Source: Mobula hypostoma
Taxonomy: Eukaryota
Direction of reading: 5' to 3'
Length of the DNA: 64,000 nt
Assembly (NCBI RefSeq): GCF_963921235.1
Contig: NC_086097.1
Span: 151,654,001-151,718,000 of the forward strand
Made by a program: the position numbers and the translations under genes. Shown piece after piece: positions 1 to 12,829 of the stretch. Under the pieces are notes generated by a model. The model saw only the letters and a program-made list of their open reading frames with translations. It did no database searches and had not been told where the DNA came from. Within the stretch, counting starts at the first letter, position 1. The number at the start of each line of letters is the position of its first letter.

Positions 1-39
1 CATGTCAGCAGTCCAGTGGAGGCATAGCAAATTACAATA

Positions 40-300
40 AATTACAATATAAAAAATACATAACTAGTTGAAAATAAGAATAACAAGGTAGTATTCATGG
101 GTTTATGGACCATTTGAAAATTTGATGGTGGGAGAAAGGAATCTGTTTTTGAAATACTGAGTGAAGGTCTTCAAGCTCCTATACCTCCTTCCTAATGGAG
201 GTAATAAATAGAGGGCATGTTTTGGAAGGTGAGGACCATTAATGATAGATGCTGCTTATTCAAGGCACTGCCTTTTGAAGATGTCTTCAATGATGGGGAG
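40..300 (-). mobile_element. Rex1/Babar LINE 3' fragment (decayed)
   Basis: Reverse complement matches the ORF2 C-terminus and 3' UTR (AASII..., LLPxGRRY...) seen in better copies at 3828-4286 and 61761-62195. Confidence 0.7.
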
Positions 301-404
301 TCTTGTGTCTGCGATTATTACTCACGATGCTTTGTTTCTTAACTTTCAGCATTAGCTTCTAAATTCTCATCGTAGGACTTCGTCTTTCTTTCTGCCTATG
401 TTGT

Positions 405-505
405 TAATATGGACCACCACCTCTGGCAGTTTACCCTCCTCTTTCAGAATGCCCTGTGCCCACACAGAGACTTCCTTGACCCTGGCACCAGGGAGGCAAC
501 ATACA
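405..505 (-). mobile_element. CR1 ORF1 SGNH-esterase fragment
   Basis: Minus translation VCCLPGARVKEVS...EGKLPEVVVH matches the ORF1 segment at 24855-25070. Confidence 0.7.
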
Positions 506-705
506 ACTATAATGTATGCCATTGTGTTGAATGGAGAACTTTGATCCGGCAGTTAACTGATCTACTGAGTCTGAATGTTAACGACTAACTCTGAACTATG
601 GACAAACTCAAAATCCACTAATGTTTCCAAGAGAAGGATGAATTGGAGAAGTTTAACCAATGAAAAACAAGGTTCTTAAATTCCTTTGCAACCTTTTTTG
701 AATAC

Positions 706-1040
706 TTAGAACATAGAACAGTATAGCACAGTACAGACCATTTGACCCACGACAATGTGCTGGTCCTTTAACCTACTCCAAGATAATTTAACTCTTCGCT
801 GCCACATAGCACTTAATTTTCTTTCACCCATGGTCTCATCTAACATTCTCTTAAATGCCCCTATTATATCATCATCTGCCACCAACCCAGCAGCATCTTC
901 CATGCACCTACCACTCTTGGTGTAAAAAACTTATCTGACATCCGCCTACACTATTCTCCAAATACCTTAAAATTACAGCCCCTGGTAAAAGCCTTTGGCT
1001 ATCCACTTGATCTATGTCTCTTATCATCTTGTATTACTTG
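706..1040 (-). mobile_element. CR1 LINE 3' end
   Basis: Starts with the agaacatagaac tail. Minus translation GAFKRMLDETM is the typical CR1 ORF2 end. Confidence 0.85.
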
Positions 1041-1204
1041 CCTATTCAGAAGGACCTACAGCTAATTAGCAGAGAAATGGTAACCCTCTTTTTGAAACAT
1101 CTCTATGTGCTCTTTTTATTTGTCCTGCTGTCCAGAATACAGCTGGATGTTTGTTGCATTTTGACTAGTTATGAGACTTGCTTGACAGAACAAAATAGGT
1201 GCAT

Positions 1205-1380
1205 TAAAAATAACAACAGGATATGATGCGAGGATTCAGCAGGTCAGGTAGAACCTGATGAAGTGGCTGTTGATCTGAAATATTGACTCTGCTCTCTACT
1301 CTCTGGAGATGATGTCTGACTTGTAAAGCTCTTTCTGGCATTTTCTATCTTTGTTTAGCATTCCTAGCATCTGCAGTATG
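1205..1380. mobile_element. Decayed Penelope-like terminal repeat, fold-back type, with hammerhead remnant
   Basis: ctgatga...gaaatattgac core at about 1255-1290, flanked by cagcaggtcagg and tctgacttg...cagcatctgcag-like motifs shared with 60807-61015. Confidence 0.55.
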
Positions 1381-1756
1381 TTCCTCCAATTAACTGGGCC
1401 CCTACTTCTTCAACCTCAAGGCAAACTGAAGCCACACTCTTACAATAATGATTTTCACTTTGGAAAGTAATTCACTTGGATGGACATCATAAAATCTTCC
1501 AGCATTTTCATCCACTACTGGCCTTCTACCAAATTCTTACAAAATCTGTCCCATTTTAGCTGTGCTAAGGACCATTCTGGGGTGTGCACAGTGGTTGGTG
1601 TGGAAGGGGGCTGGAAAGTGGAAGGCATAGCCAGTAGAATAATTAGTATGATAGAGTTTAGCACATTTCATGTATATTTACTATGATTCTAATTTGCCCT
1701 TCCAATATGACATTCCTTTGCTGTTCCTTTTATGATAGAGCCTTTGCAAAACTAAT

Positions 1757-2092
1757 TATTTTTATTCATTGATGGGATGTGGGTATCGCCAGCGAAACCA
1801 GCATTTATTGCTTATCCCTGGTTGCCCTTGAGAAGGTGGTGATGAGCTGCCTTCTTGAACCGCTGCAGTCCCTGAGGTGTAGGTACACCCACAGTGCTGT
1901 TAGGGAGGGAATTCCATGATTTTGACCCAGTGAAAATGAGGGAATGGTGATATGTTTCCAAGTCAGAATGGTGAGTGACTTGGAGGGGGACTTAGATGGT
2001 GAGTGACCAAGTGATGGTGTTCCCAGGTATCTGCTGTTCTTGTCCTTCTAGGTGGTAATGGATGTGGGTCTGGAAGGTGCTGCCTTAGGAAC
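1757..2092 (-). mobile_element. Second CR1/L2-group LINE family (family B), 3' end
   Basis: The minus strand ends ...GCAATAAATGCTGG...CCCACATCCCATCAATGAATAAAAAA, a LINE tail I recognise as common in chondrichthyans. An older copy lies at 18030-18255. Confidence 0.7.
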
Positions 2093-2189
2093 TTTAAATG
2101 CTTGCAATCAATATTATTGTTGCTGGGACCAAAGGGTTAATATTTACTTTTCACATGCTAAACGGCCCCCTCTCAGGGTAAGCTAATTG

Positions 2190-2650
2190 CTGGTAGGTTT
2201 CAGAGACGGAGTTCCACGTGGGCAGGAAGAATGTGGTCTGATGACCCCCTAGGTTCTTGAGTTTGTGAGACCTGAGTTTTAAGCTTCGTGCTCAGGGTCC
2301 TGTTAGTGGCCAATCTGGAGTAGGAGGTCTACGCCCAAGGGTCCAATCCATATCTCTGCAAGTCCACCGGGGAACCTGAAGCCCCATGTCTATGAGCCCA
2401 AGTCTGAGTCTGAGTCCCCTGGAGGCTGGGGGCTGAAAAAACGGTGTCCTGGGGGTTAGAGGACTGTGTATGTATGTGTGCAGGAGGGAGAAACGTGTCT
2501 TGCTTTGCTGTTTTTGTTTTGTTGCTTCTTGTGTTCTAAGTTGTTCTACATGTCTATCGTAGACATGTTATGTTAGCACCAAAATCCGCGGCAGCGCTTG
2601 TGGGCTGTGTTCTTTGCTAATGAAAATGACACATGATAAATAATCTTGAA
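2190..2650 (+). repeat. Probable non-autonomous retroposon (unclassified)
   Basis: GC-richer head with short internal repeats (ctgagt), a T-rich body, and a 3' end acatgataaataatcttgaat resembling Rex-type tails. Confidence 0.35.
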
Positions 2651-3399
2651 TGTTGAACTCTAGTTCAAATATATATAGAAAACAATCCACATATTGTACA
2701 TATAGGGTTGGACCATTATTTTTAAGTGTTTTCAGTAGAAAGAAAAGACAGATCAAAACGTTACAACATGTCAACATGTAAGCTAACAGTTTCCAATTTA
2801 AATCATACTTTGTCTAATATTCTCAGAAGACTCATTTCAAAAATGCCTGGACATCTGTTGAGATTGTGATGCTGGGTGTGTCTGCAAAACAGACACACAG
2901 TGCATAGATACACTGGTGAAAGATCTGCTCGCAGTGTTTGCAAGGATCAAATGGACAGAGGTCAGATATACATAAGAACAGTAATGCTGGCATTCATGTC
3001 AAGTGCAAACTGTATGGGATTGTATAATGTGCAGACAGGCTTCTATTATAAAACCAGTCCTCATTATTTATTTAGAAGGAAGATGCATTTATCTGGAAAA
3101 GCTTAAGATACTCGAAAGATGAATAACATCTCCTCCTTCAACAAATATTCTTTCCTGCCAATTGTTTCCCTTTCATGAAGAATTTGATTCCCTGCTGAGT
3201 TAGGTTTTCTGGTGGTGGAGACACTCTCTAATGTCGATGGTTGAGCCTAAGCTGTGAATTTATTGGTTGATTCATTGTGCAGAACATTGCATTCAGAGTT
3301 GGTTTTGTCTCCAACAAAACCAGACAACTCACACTAAACTCCCTGCCCATAAGTTAGCTGGCTTTCAGTAACCTGGGTACAAGGCTACCAACGTCCCTT

Positions 3400-3825
3400 T
3401 GAACAGCAGCATTTCCCAATCTGACTCATTTAAAACTAGCAATTCTGTATCACCCACCAAAATGGATGGACTTATACTTTCCACATTATACAGTATTCCA
3501 TCTGCTAAATTCATGCCCAGTCACTAATCTCTTTGATGTTTCTTGCCATTGTCTTTTCCACTTACAATCCCAAATATTACATTTGGCTCTCTCAGCTGAT
3601 TTAATTTCTAAATGGATGGAGTCCAGGTGCTGAAGCCTGGAGCAGCTTATCAGTTCCAGATTGTCAGCCAGGGAACAGCCAACTTATTCTCCTATTTGCT
3701 TTCTCATTACTTCTCAGTTCATATTAGTACATCGCATTCAGTTCCTTTTGATATACCTTCTTGTGTGAGACATTAGAAAAGGCATTTGCAAAAATCAAAT
3801 TATACCACGTTCACTTACCTTGCCT
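3400..3825 (-). mobile_element. Old CR1 RT fragment
   Basis: Decayed W-QMEY-NVEK-IHFG and VDVVY-DF-KAF-VPH motifs on the minus strand. Confidence 0.6.
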
Positions 3826-3827
3826 TG

Positions 3828-4286
3828 GCTGCTTGTATCACTGTCTGGTAAGGAGGTACCATGATGGAGCACTGAGCTTGCAGTGGAAAAAGCTGCAGAT
3901 GTTTGTAAACACAGCGAGTTTCATCAAAGGCACAATCCTCCCAACCATTGAGGAGATCTTCAAAAGACAATACCGCAGGAGGCAACATCCATCATTGAGA
4001 CCTGTCACTAGCCAAGACATGCCCTCTCCTCATTGCTACCAACAGGAAAGGGACACAGGACCCTGATGACACACACTTAATGTTTTAGGTATAGCTTCTT
4101 CTCCTTTGCCATCATGTTTCTGAACAGACCATGAACACTATCTCACTTTTTGCACTACCTATTTTGATGTACATTTTTATTGTAACTTGCAGTCATTTTT
4201 AATGTATGCACTGTTATGCTGCTGCAAAACAACACATTTCACGACGTACTGGAAGTTAGGGATAACACATAAACCTGATTCTGATC
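3828..4286 (+). mobile_element. Rex1/Babar LINE 3' portion
   Basis: CITVW...KKLQ..VNTAS.I.GT.LPTIEEIFK, followed by a 3' UTR ending aaacctgattctgat. Confidence 0.85.
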
Positions 4287-4319
4287 CTCAAACAACTAAA
4301 GTAGCTGAGTTAAATGAGA

Positions 4320-4880
4320 TTTGCACACTGGCCCTCATCAGTCAGGGAAGAGAGTATAGGAGTTGGGAGGGTGCAGTTATATACGATGTTGGTGAGGCTG
4401 CATTTGGAGTATTGTGTAGCATCTTGGTCACCCTGTCCTAGAAAGTTCTTATTAAATGATAATCAGTGCTGAAAAAGATGTGTTGGGATGTTGCCTGGAC
4501 TTGGAGGCCCGAGTTAGAAGGAGAGATTGTGTAGACTAGGGCTTTATTCAACAGAACATAGGAGATTGAAGGGTGAACTCGGGGGAGAGAAAGGCTGAAA
4601 GCACACAGTCGTTTTCACAGGGAGGACAGAGAGCAGAACCGAGAGATTTGAAAAAGGACATCGGGGCATCTTCTTCACACAAAGGGTGGTGTGTATTTGG
4701 AATGAGCTGCCAGAAATAGTGCTGGAGACAGGCACATTAGCGACATTTATGAGCAATCTATTGAGGTACATGGATAAGAAAGTTTTAGAGGGGTATGGGC
4801 CAAATGCAGGCAGATAGGAAAATCTTGCTGCTCAAAACAGTCAGCATGAAGTTAGGCAGAAGGGGTTTATGATTCTCTGA
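4320..4880 (+). mobile_element. CR1 3' portion (decayed)
   Basis: FFTQRVVCIWNELP motif at about 4670-4712 and a CR1-type 3' UTR. Confidence 0.8.
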
Positions 4881-4903
4881 TTTTCTTTTCCTAAGTTAAT
4901 TCT

Positions 4904-5074
4904 TGGGCCAGCTGGTGGTGTAGTGGCATCAGCACTGGACTTCAAGGCAGATGGTCCTGAGTTCAACCCCAATCAGGTCCCAACCTGGGCAGCAGCAGTA
5001 TCTGCGCAGGAGAAAGGCCAGTGGTCCATGAGGTCACGAAGAGTCGGACTCGACTTAATGACTGAACAACAACA
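4904..5074 (+). mobile_element. tRNA-derived SINE with RTE/BovB-type 3' tail
   Basis: A box tggtgtagtgg, B box gagttcaaccc, tail gtccatgaggtcacgaagagtcggactcgacttaatgactgaacaacaac. Perfect 11-bp TSD aagttaattct at 4893-4903 and 5075-5085. Confidence 0.85.
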
Positions 5075-5151
5075 AAGTTAATTCTGCTTCTGAAATCCTT
5101 CCATTCTTTTTCAAAGAATTCCCTACTATGATATTAGGCTAACAGCTTTGA

Positions 5152-5625
5152 CTATAAGATCATAAGGCATGGGAGCAGAATTAGGCCATTCAGCCCGTCG
5201 GGTCTGCTCTGCCATTTCACCAAGGCTGATTTATTTTCACTCTCAACTCCATTTTCCTGTCTTCTCCCTGTAACATTTGACACCTTGACTAATCACGAAC
5301 CTATAAACCTCCGCTTTAACTATACTCATTGACTTGGCCTCCACAGTCATCAATGGCGATCGATTCCACAGATTCACTACCATCTGGCTACAGAAATTTC
5401 TCCTTTTCTCTGTTCTAAATGGATGTTGCTCTGTTCTAACACTGTGCTTTCTGGTCCCCTACATCCTCTCTCTATCCTTCCTATGGAGGCCTTTCAACAT
5501 TTGATGGGTTTCAATGAGACTCCCCCCACCATCCTTCTAAACTCCAGCAAGTACAGACCCAGAGCCATCAAAAACTCCTCATATGTTAACTCTTTCATTC
5601 CTGGAATCATTCTCATGAACCACCT
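5152..5625 (-). mobile_element. CR1 3' end
   Basis: ataagatcataag tail. ORF2 C-terminal motifs (RMIPGMK.LTYEE, VVNLWN) on the minus strand. Confidence 0.85.
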
Positions 5626-5629
5626 AAAT

Positions 5630-6975
5630 CTCTGTATTCTATGGACTGAGCCAAGATTGCCTTCCTCATCTCTCTTTGGAACTCAGGATTCAGGACCATT
5701 GCGATGGAATGCAAAAGTGCTGCTGGCCCATTACCAGCATGGCCCCTCAGAGCGCTTTCACCTCCATACTTCATTATCCACTTCTCGTGAGCCTTCTGTT
5801 CTCTCCTCCACACCACAGTGAGTTTGTCCTCTGGCTGCCATCTGCAGACCAATGGTCAGTCCAAAAGAGTCAACCAACCAGTGAGGAAATTCCTCCGATG
5901 CTTCCTCTAATCCTTCCACATGGAAGAAGTATCTGCTCTGGGCCAACGTGTCCCACAATCTACATACCTCCTCTGCCACAGGTACGTCACCCTTTGAAGT
6001 ACTTCATGGCTACCAATCCCCTCCCTTCCGACATTGTACCCTGTGCAGGAGCCAATGGTGAACGACACATTCACCAGCGCCCTAGTTTGCTGATGACAGA
6101 GTGCTTAGAAGAAGACACGCAGGGCCATCCTAGATGTCAACTGTGCATATTGCCACCAAGGTAACCAGCATCCGTGCCCAGTCAGACGACTCTGGCCCGA
6201 GGACCGTGTTTGGCGGTGCACCCAAGATCTGCGCCTGCACACCATCTCCCCCAATCTCATGCACTGGTTCATTGGTCCATTCAAGATTACCCACTGCATC
6301 ATTCGAGTCACTTACCGTCTCCAGCTGCCACTGTCCCTCAAGATCACATACCTTCTACATGTCCTGGCTCAAGCCCATTGTCCACAGATCACTCAAGCCA
6401 TCTGGCCCTGCACTTTTGGAGTCCAGGATTCTGGAAGGTAGTAGCACACATCAAAGTTGCTGGTGAATGCAGCAGGCAGAAGGTAGTACTGTGTACATGG
6501 TTTGCTTGCTGGTGGATCCCCATTGTTATGAATGGAGTGTACCGTACATGGTAGATTGGGAAGGGATCGGAGGAGAGACCTTGGTCCAATCCGTTTACAT
6601 CTTGGAGCCATCGCTCATTGCACCCATCCGGATTTCCCTGGTCCTTCGAGGGCCGGCTGTGAAGAGTGGGGGGTGGGGCTCCTCTTTGCCTCCACCCAGC
6701 TAACAGGAGTCACCTGCCACTCATTTCTAACTTATCATCTGCAGCCTGTTTAAATCCAGCCACAGTTCATCCACAGTTCATCCACAGTTCTTGTTCCCCC
6801 ATCAAACCAGCCAGCCTCAGTTAGTTGTTCCTAGCCTTCAATCTTCTTCTTGTCTTGTTGTGGTTTGTATCTGTTCCCTCTTGTTTTGTGGCTTCTCGTA
6901 ATTTGTTATTTGGCAATTTATTATTATCAATCATTACTAAATCGTCTCTACTGCTCTGAGTTTGTGTCAAGCCTC
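5630..6975 (+). mobile_element. Ty3/Gypsy chromovirus-type LTR element, 3' half (integrase, GPY/F module, chromodomain, PPT, probable 3' LTR)
   Basis: SLSSGCHLQTNGQSKRVNQ (integrase core), FIGPFKI...VTYRLQLP, YMVDWEG (chromodomain). Purine tract gaagagtggggggtgggg at 6661-6678 is followed by about 290 bp of LTR-like DNA. Many frameshifts. Confidence 0.85.
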
Positions 6976-6977
6976 GT

Positions 6978-7490
6978 ATACTTTTCCTGACAGCATTCCC
7001 TTGCAATCAGCTTTGGCCAGCTCTTCTCTTATGCCTCTGTAATTTCCTTTACTCCACTGTAATACTGATACATTTGACTTTAACTTCTCCCTCTCAAATT
7101 TCAGGGGAAATTCTATCATATTATGATTACTGTCTCCCGAGTGTTCCTTTACCTTAAGCTCCCTAATCAATTCTGGTTCATCACACAGCCCCCAATCCAG
7201 AATTTCATTTCCCCAAGTAGGCTCAGCCACAGACTGCTCTTAAAAAGCCATCTTGCAGGTGTTCTACAAATTCCATCTGTTGGGATCCAGCACCTAACTG
7301 ATTTTCCCAATCTGCATACATATTGAAATCCCCCATGACTATTGTAACATTGCCCTTTTTATATGACTTTTCTACCTCCTGTTGTAATTTGTACCCCACA
7401 TCCTGGCTATTGTTTGAAGGCCTACATATAACTCTCATTAGGGTCTTGTTATTTGCAATTTCTCAACTCTACCACAAAGATTCTACATTA
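6978..7490 (-). mobile_element. CR1 APE endonuclease region
   Basis: ORFs 7223-7438 and 6967-7230: IVMGDFNM, GDSNHNMIEF, WSKGNYRGIREELA. Confidence 0.9.
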
Positions 7491-8186
7491 ACTAGTCCCT
7501 CTTTTCTTGCTCCCTCCTCTCTCAAACAGTGGGGTCACATTTGCTACCATTCCAGAACTGAAAACATTTTAAATGACGATGACCAATGTATCTTTACGGC
7601 CAACTTGTTCAAAGATCTACAACATTGAAAGCAATTGCGAAAGCAATGGGTGAATGAGCCCTGCCCCTGTTCAGTGAAAAGAAACAATGCTTTGTGTGAC
7701 CTCAAGTAATAAGAAGCGGAACAAAGGAGACCAGTCACTAGTGATTGGACTATTAGTTAAGAGGCAACAAACACAAATATTTACAGTGATGTTCCTATCT
7801 AGTAATCAAAATGTAAACCTTGGAGAATATGCTCATCTTGGACATTAACATATTGCAAGGATATTTCTCTAATCAGTCAGCACTGTATCTGCTGGGCATG
7901 CAACATAGGAACATTCTGATGGAGAAGGCTTATGTCTTGACAGCAATATCATCAAAGGAGTCTAAACCAACTCATCCTTCCCTCCATCTGCATTACTACC
8001 AGCTTATAACATAGGTAGGATCAATTTGAAGGTGAGACATGACAATGGTTGGCTGTTGGGTTGGACAGTGGGGTGTAGGCTGATAGATGGCAGAGGTATG
8101 GTCACAAAGTCTACAGAGTGACTATAGAACTAATCTAACTGCAACCCTGAGGAGGTTTGTACCTTATTAGATCACCTCTGGTTCAG

Positions 8187-8745
8187 TTAGACCATAAGAC
8201 ATAGGAGCAGAATTAAGCCATTAAGTGCACTGAATTTGCTCCTCCATTCCATCATGGCTGATGTAATAACTCTCTCAACTTTATTCTTCTGCTTTCTCCC
8301 TGTTAGCTTTGATGCCCTTACTAATCATGCACCTATCAACATCCACTTTAAATATACCCAATGATATGGCCCCCACTGCTGTCAGTGGCAATGAGTTCCT
8401 CAGATTCACCACCCTCTGGCTAAAGAAATTCCTCCTCATTTGTTCTAAAGGGACACCCTTGTATTCTGAGGCTGTCCCTCTGGTCCTAGACTTCCTTACC
8501 ATAGAAAAACTTCTTTCCATATTCACTCTATCGAGGTCTTCCAATATTCAATAGGTTTCACCAAGAACCCCCCACCTCACATTCTTCTAAACTTCAGCGA
8601 GTACAGGTCCTGAAGAATCAAGCGCTCTTCATACATTAACCCTTTCATTCCCAGGAGCATTCTTGTAAACATCCTCTGGTCCCTCTTCAAAGCCAGCACA
8701 ACTTTTCTTAGACATGGGCCCAAAACTGCTCACAATAAGGGGCTA
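8187..8745 (-). mobile_element. CR1 3' portion
   Basis: ORF 8281-8544 RRNFFSQRVVNLRNSLP, and an accataagacatagg tail. Confidence 0.9.
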
Positions 8746-11599
8746 ACTCAGCACACAATAATCTGAACTTTGTGTGAGAAAGATAGGAAGTGATTTTCCA
8801 GGGCTTCTTGATATCAAAACCACGCTCTACCACCTTCTTAGAGAACAATTGATAATTATCTCTCTGGGGTGCTGATTTATGACATATCACAGGCAACTCT
8901 GATGGTAAGGTCACCAAAACATTTCTTTTTTAATCACCTTTTCCTCTGACCCTGTCATGTCTCTGTGGATACAAACCTGCAGATGCCTTAGTTAGCGACA
9001 ACGGTTATGATGCGAGACTAACGTCATTATCAAAGGAGTCGAATTTCCATTGTAGCTTGCTCATGTCACTGTGATAAGTGTTTGGTGTAATAGAATTACA
9101 CTGCATTATAATTAATAAAACCCGGATTTGTGATGAATCATTAGCTGTAATTCATTTCTGGTGGTGTAGAACGACCTCCCAGGAGGTCAGGATTCTAGGC
9201 AGGGAGTTCTTCAATTCCTCGCCTTTTCACTTTCTGTCAATTACTGGATTAAACTCAGTCTCAGTGTGCTCTCAGGAACGTACCTTCAATGAGTGTCGTT
9301 TTGTGTTTGATAAAGTGGCAGAAAGGCCAAGAATATCATTAAGTACAGTATTTGTATGAAACATTTTTCCTAGCTGTGCCAGCGATTAAGCTGAAAAGAT
9401 TTAGAAGACCATTGAGATGATGGGGTGGGGCTGGGGGAATCTTGGAAATTACAGGTGCTTCTGGCAGAATGAACCCCAACAAGCATGAGCTTTTTAGCTC
9501 CAGATTTAACATAATGATGAAGGGCTGTTTGGAGCACTTAGTGCGATAGGGTATTGCAGCACTATATTATTACTGTTTAGTAAGGCATAACAATTGTCTT
9601 GATGGATTTTCTTTATTTTGGGAATATAGCAGAAAATAACCTTCCATGAAAAATTGCTTTAGCAGTCTGATACTGAAGTCTGTATTGAGGGATAACTATA
9701 TGGCATGCCAGTGCATAGAAGAGAAATAATTACTGGATCCAAGTTCCTTTACTAAAATTGTTCAGGAACCCCCTTTTTTTAAAATCAGTAATGAGTATGT
9801 ATAAAAGATTTAGTTTGTTAAATTGAAGAGGGAGCTAAAAACAAAGCTTGTTTGATCCCAGGAGTCTGCAGGACTGAGAATAACTTACTCCTCCCAGTTA
9901 TGTAGGTTCTGATATCATTAACGTGGTCAGTGTGGGACATGCAGACACCATTGCAGGTATGGCAGGAGGTGCTAGGTTGGTAAGGAAGCTTGGAAGTGAT
10001 GTGCATTTTCTTAGACTGTTCAAGGAGGTTCAAGAAAATTGTTAAATCTTTACCACTGACCATCTGGTAAACACTTGCAGTGACAAAGCTCAGAATAGAA
10101 TGTTTGTTTTGAGAAAGTGGTGCCAGGTATTTGAGCAATGTGAACTGCCCATTGGAACTGACCTAGGTCTAACTAGGGTCCTCGTACTGGAGGCGCCGGC
10201 CTGGGAACTGCCTCTGTATTGGTAGTGAAATTTGAAACCATTGAAACTGCAATGACTTTACCCACAGCATTTGTGCAGTCATTTCTAGTCTTATATCTTC
10301 TCTTTACCATTCTCCTTTTTTAATCCCCTGTAGATTTCTGCTTTCAATTTACCAGTGTCTGCAGAATCTTCAGCTGCGTTGGTCACCTCCATAAAGTCCT
10401 TCTCTTAAACTATCTGCCTCTCTCCTATATATAAAAAATAGATCCCATTTTATAATTTAAAATCAACTGATGTAACGCCATATGTGACATACATTCATGC
10501 ATTTTGTGCAGTTCACCTTTATTAAAGAATGAACACATGCTCTGACAGTATTGGTGTTTTCAATAGTTTATTTAGCAAGCACTAACTCTAGAATTGTGAC
10601 TCAGGCCAACTCCCAATAAACTAAACCAGTGAAGCAGTCAGTTAAACAACAAAGATACACATCAGGTCCCCTGAGTGAAAAGCAGAGCGCTTTGAAGAAC
10701 CTCTTTGACAGGTTTACCAAAAATCGGCAACTGACAGTACTGAACAGAAAGGCAACTGCAATTAGGAAAGAGAAACCATTGCAAGAAACAAAATTCTGAA
10801 GACTATTGGTGCAGATTCAGTAAACTTGAACATGGCAGAAGGAATCAAAAATCTGGAGATATATTATAAAATGATAACAACGTAGTTGAATACTTTAACT
10901 GCACACTACAGGATAAATTGGTGTGCGGCTTTGACAATAAGCAACTTCAAGCTAAACTGCTGAGCATACAGAAACTTATATTCGATCTGGCTTGCAAAAT
11001 TGCATCCTTGACGAATATGGCTTTGAAACATACCATCAAGTTTTGCCACCGTGCACAAATATGGCTACAACTTACTGTCAGAGGCAGCAACAAAAGCTCA
11101 GTTCTCATGCTGTACAAATGTGAGTGGTGAGGGGGCATGACAACATGTAAATCCCAATGCAAAACGGCTAACTTGAATAGTAACCCATTCACAACGTTGG
11201 AGTTTATGTAACAAGGGAAATACATAGATGGACTCCACTTAACATTGAAATCAATCATATGGAAGAAATAAGCCTGTAGCAATTGGGTAAATTGAATGAA
11301 CTAGAGTAAATGGTGAATAAGTAAGATTTCATGAGCAAAGTAAGATAAATGAGGAGCCAGGCGTAGGTGTATTGATAGTGGATTGATCTATATATCAAAA
11401 TGTATTATTAAGAAATTCAGTAATTTACCTTTGAGAGAAGGTAAATAGTCTCAGGACATATTTCAGTGCTGATGGTGCTCGTGTAACTAAAATATATTGT
11501 GCAATCTTAATAGCCAGTACCTAAATTTGCCAATAGTGTCAGATATCTACACAGAGCAACTGATACTATTAAGCAAGAAATTGTTAAGGAACTGTCAGG

Positions 11600-12072
11600 C
11601 AAGTCCAAAGATTCTTGGTGGTGGCAGCATAATTAGATAATGTGGTTAATAAGGCATACTGGAAATTAGTTGAGGTATTGAATGCGAGAGCAGGGAGGCT
11701 AAGCATTAACTTTATAAAACATTGGTTTGACTGCAGCTGGAATAATGAGGTCTGTATTTCTGGTCACTGCTCGATTGGAAGGAGACGATAGTGCTGAGAA
11801 GGTTGCAGGTGAGGTTTACTGGGCTGTTGCCTGGGATAGACAGGCCTAGCCTCTCCAGTTATCTGGAGAGACTGGAGAGACTAGGTCTGTTCTGCCTAGA
11901 GCAGAAGCGGTTAAGAGGGGACATGTTTAAGGTATGTAAAGTAATGATGGGCATCAATAGTGTCATCTGCAGGATATGTTTCCCCATATCGGATGTAGAT
12001 AAAACTACAGGATATAGATTTTAGGGTAAAGAGTAAGAAATTTGGAGGGAACCATTTTTCAGGCAGAAGGTA
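11600..12072 (+). mobile_element. CR1 3' portion (decayed)
   Basis: ORF 11791-12024 RFTGLLPG...YLERLERLGLF.LEQKRLRGD. Confidence 0.85.
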
Positions 12073-12822
12073 GTCATAGAGTCATACAGCATGGATCAGG
12101 GCCTTCGGCCTAAATCATTCATGATGATTGTGTTGCCATGTGAACTGGTCCCATTGACCTATAGCTCTCTAAACCCCTCCTATATATATGTATCTAGTTG
12201 TTTTATAAATGATGCTGATATGCCCCCTCAACCACTAATTCTGACAGTTCATTCCAAATATACCCTCCAACCCTTTGGGTGAAGAAGCTGCCCATGATGA
12301 CCCTTTTAAATCTCTCACTTATGATTGTAAACCTATGCCCTCTTCTTTTTAGCACACCATCCCTGGGTAAATGATTATGTGCTTTCACCCTGCCTATGGC
12401 CCTCATGATCTTATATACCTCCATCAGGTCACTGCTCAAACTCCTACATTCCAGGGAATAAAGTTTAAGACTGTACCAAAACTCTCCGTTTACTCAGGCC
12501 CCCCAAGTCCAAGCAATATCCTTCAAATCCTTTTTTCACCTTTTATAGTTTAATAGCATCTTTCATAACATCGTGACCACAACTGTACACAACACCTTAA
12601 AAGGGGCTTCAATGACATTTTATATAACTGCAACGTAACTTCCCAATCCTTGTACTCATTGCCATGAATGATGAAAGCCAGTATGCCAAATGCCTATCTA
12701 CCTTTCAGTAGCTATGCACTTGAACTCTTAGATCACTCTGTTTCACATGACTCCCCAGAACCCTACCACTCGCTGTATGTCCTCCCTGAGTCTGACCTCC
12801 CAAAATGCAATACCTCACATTT
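12073..12822 (-). mobile_element. CR1 3' portion
   Basis: gtcatagagtcatac tail. ORF 12203-12439 DLMEVYKIMR...FFTQRV. Confidence 0.85.
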
Positions 12823-12829
12823 AACTTTT

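Noticed and set aside
2548..2898. Short palindromes acatgtcta-tcg-tagacatgt and gtgtgtctg-caaaa-cagacacac
   Set aside because: 9-bp stems are not far from chance expectation and have no supporting context.
4904..4975. tRNA gene (also 36660-36736)
   Set aside because: These are SINE heads with A and B boxes but no complete cloverleaf.
9906..9956. Possible 51-nt exon (ag|GTTCTG...GCAG|gtatgg, GSDIINVVSVGHADTIA)
   Set aside because: The acceptor is weak, the peptide is not recognisable and no partner exons are visible. RNA-seq would be needed.
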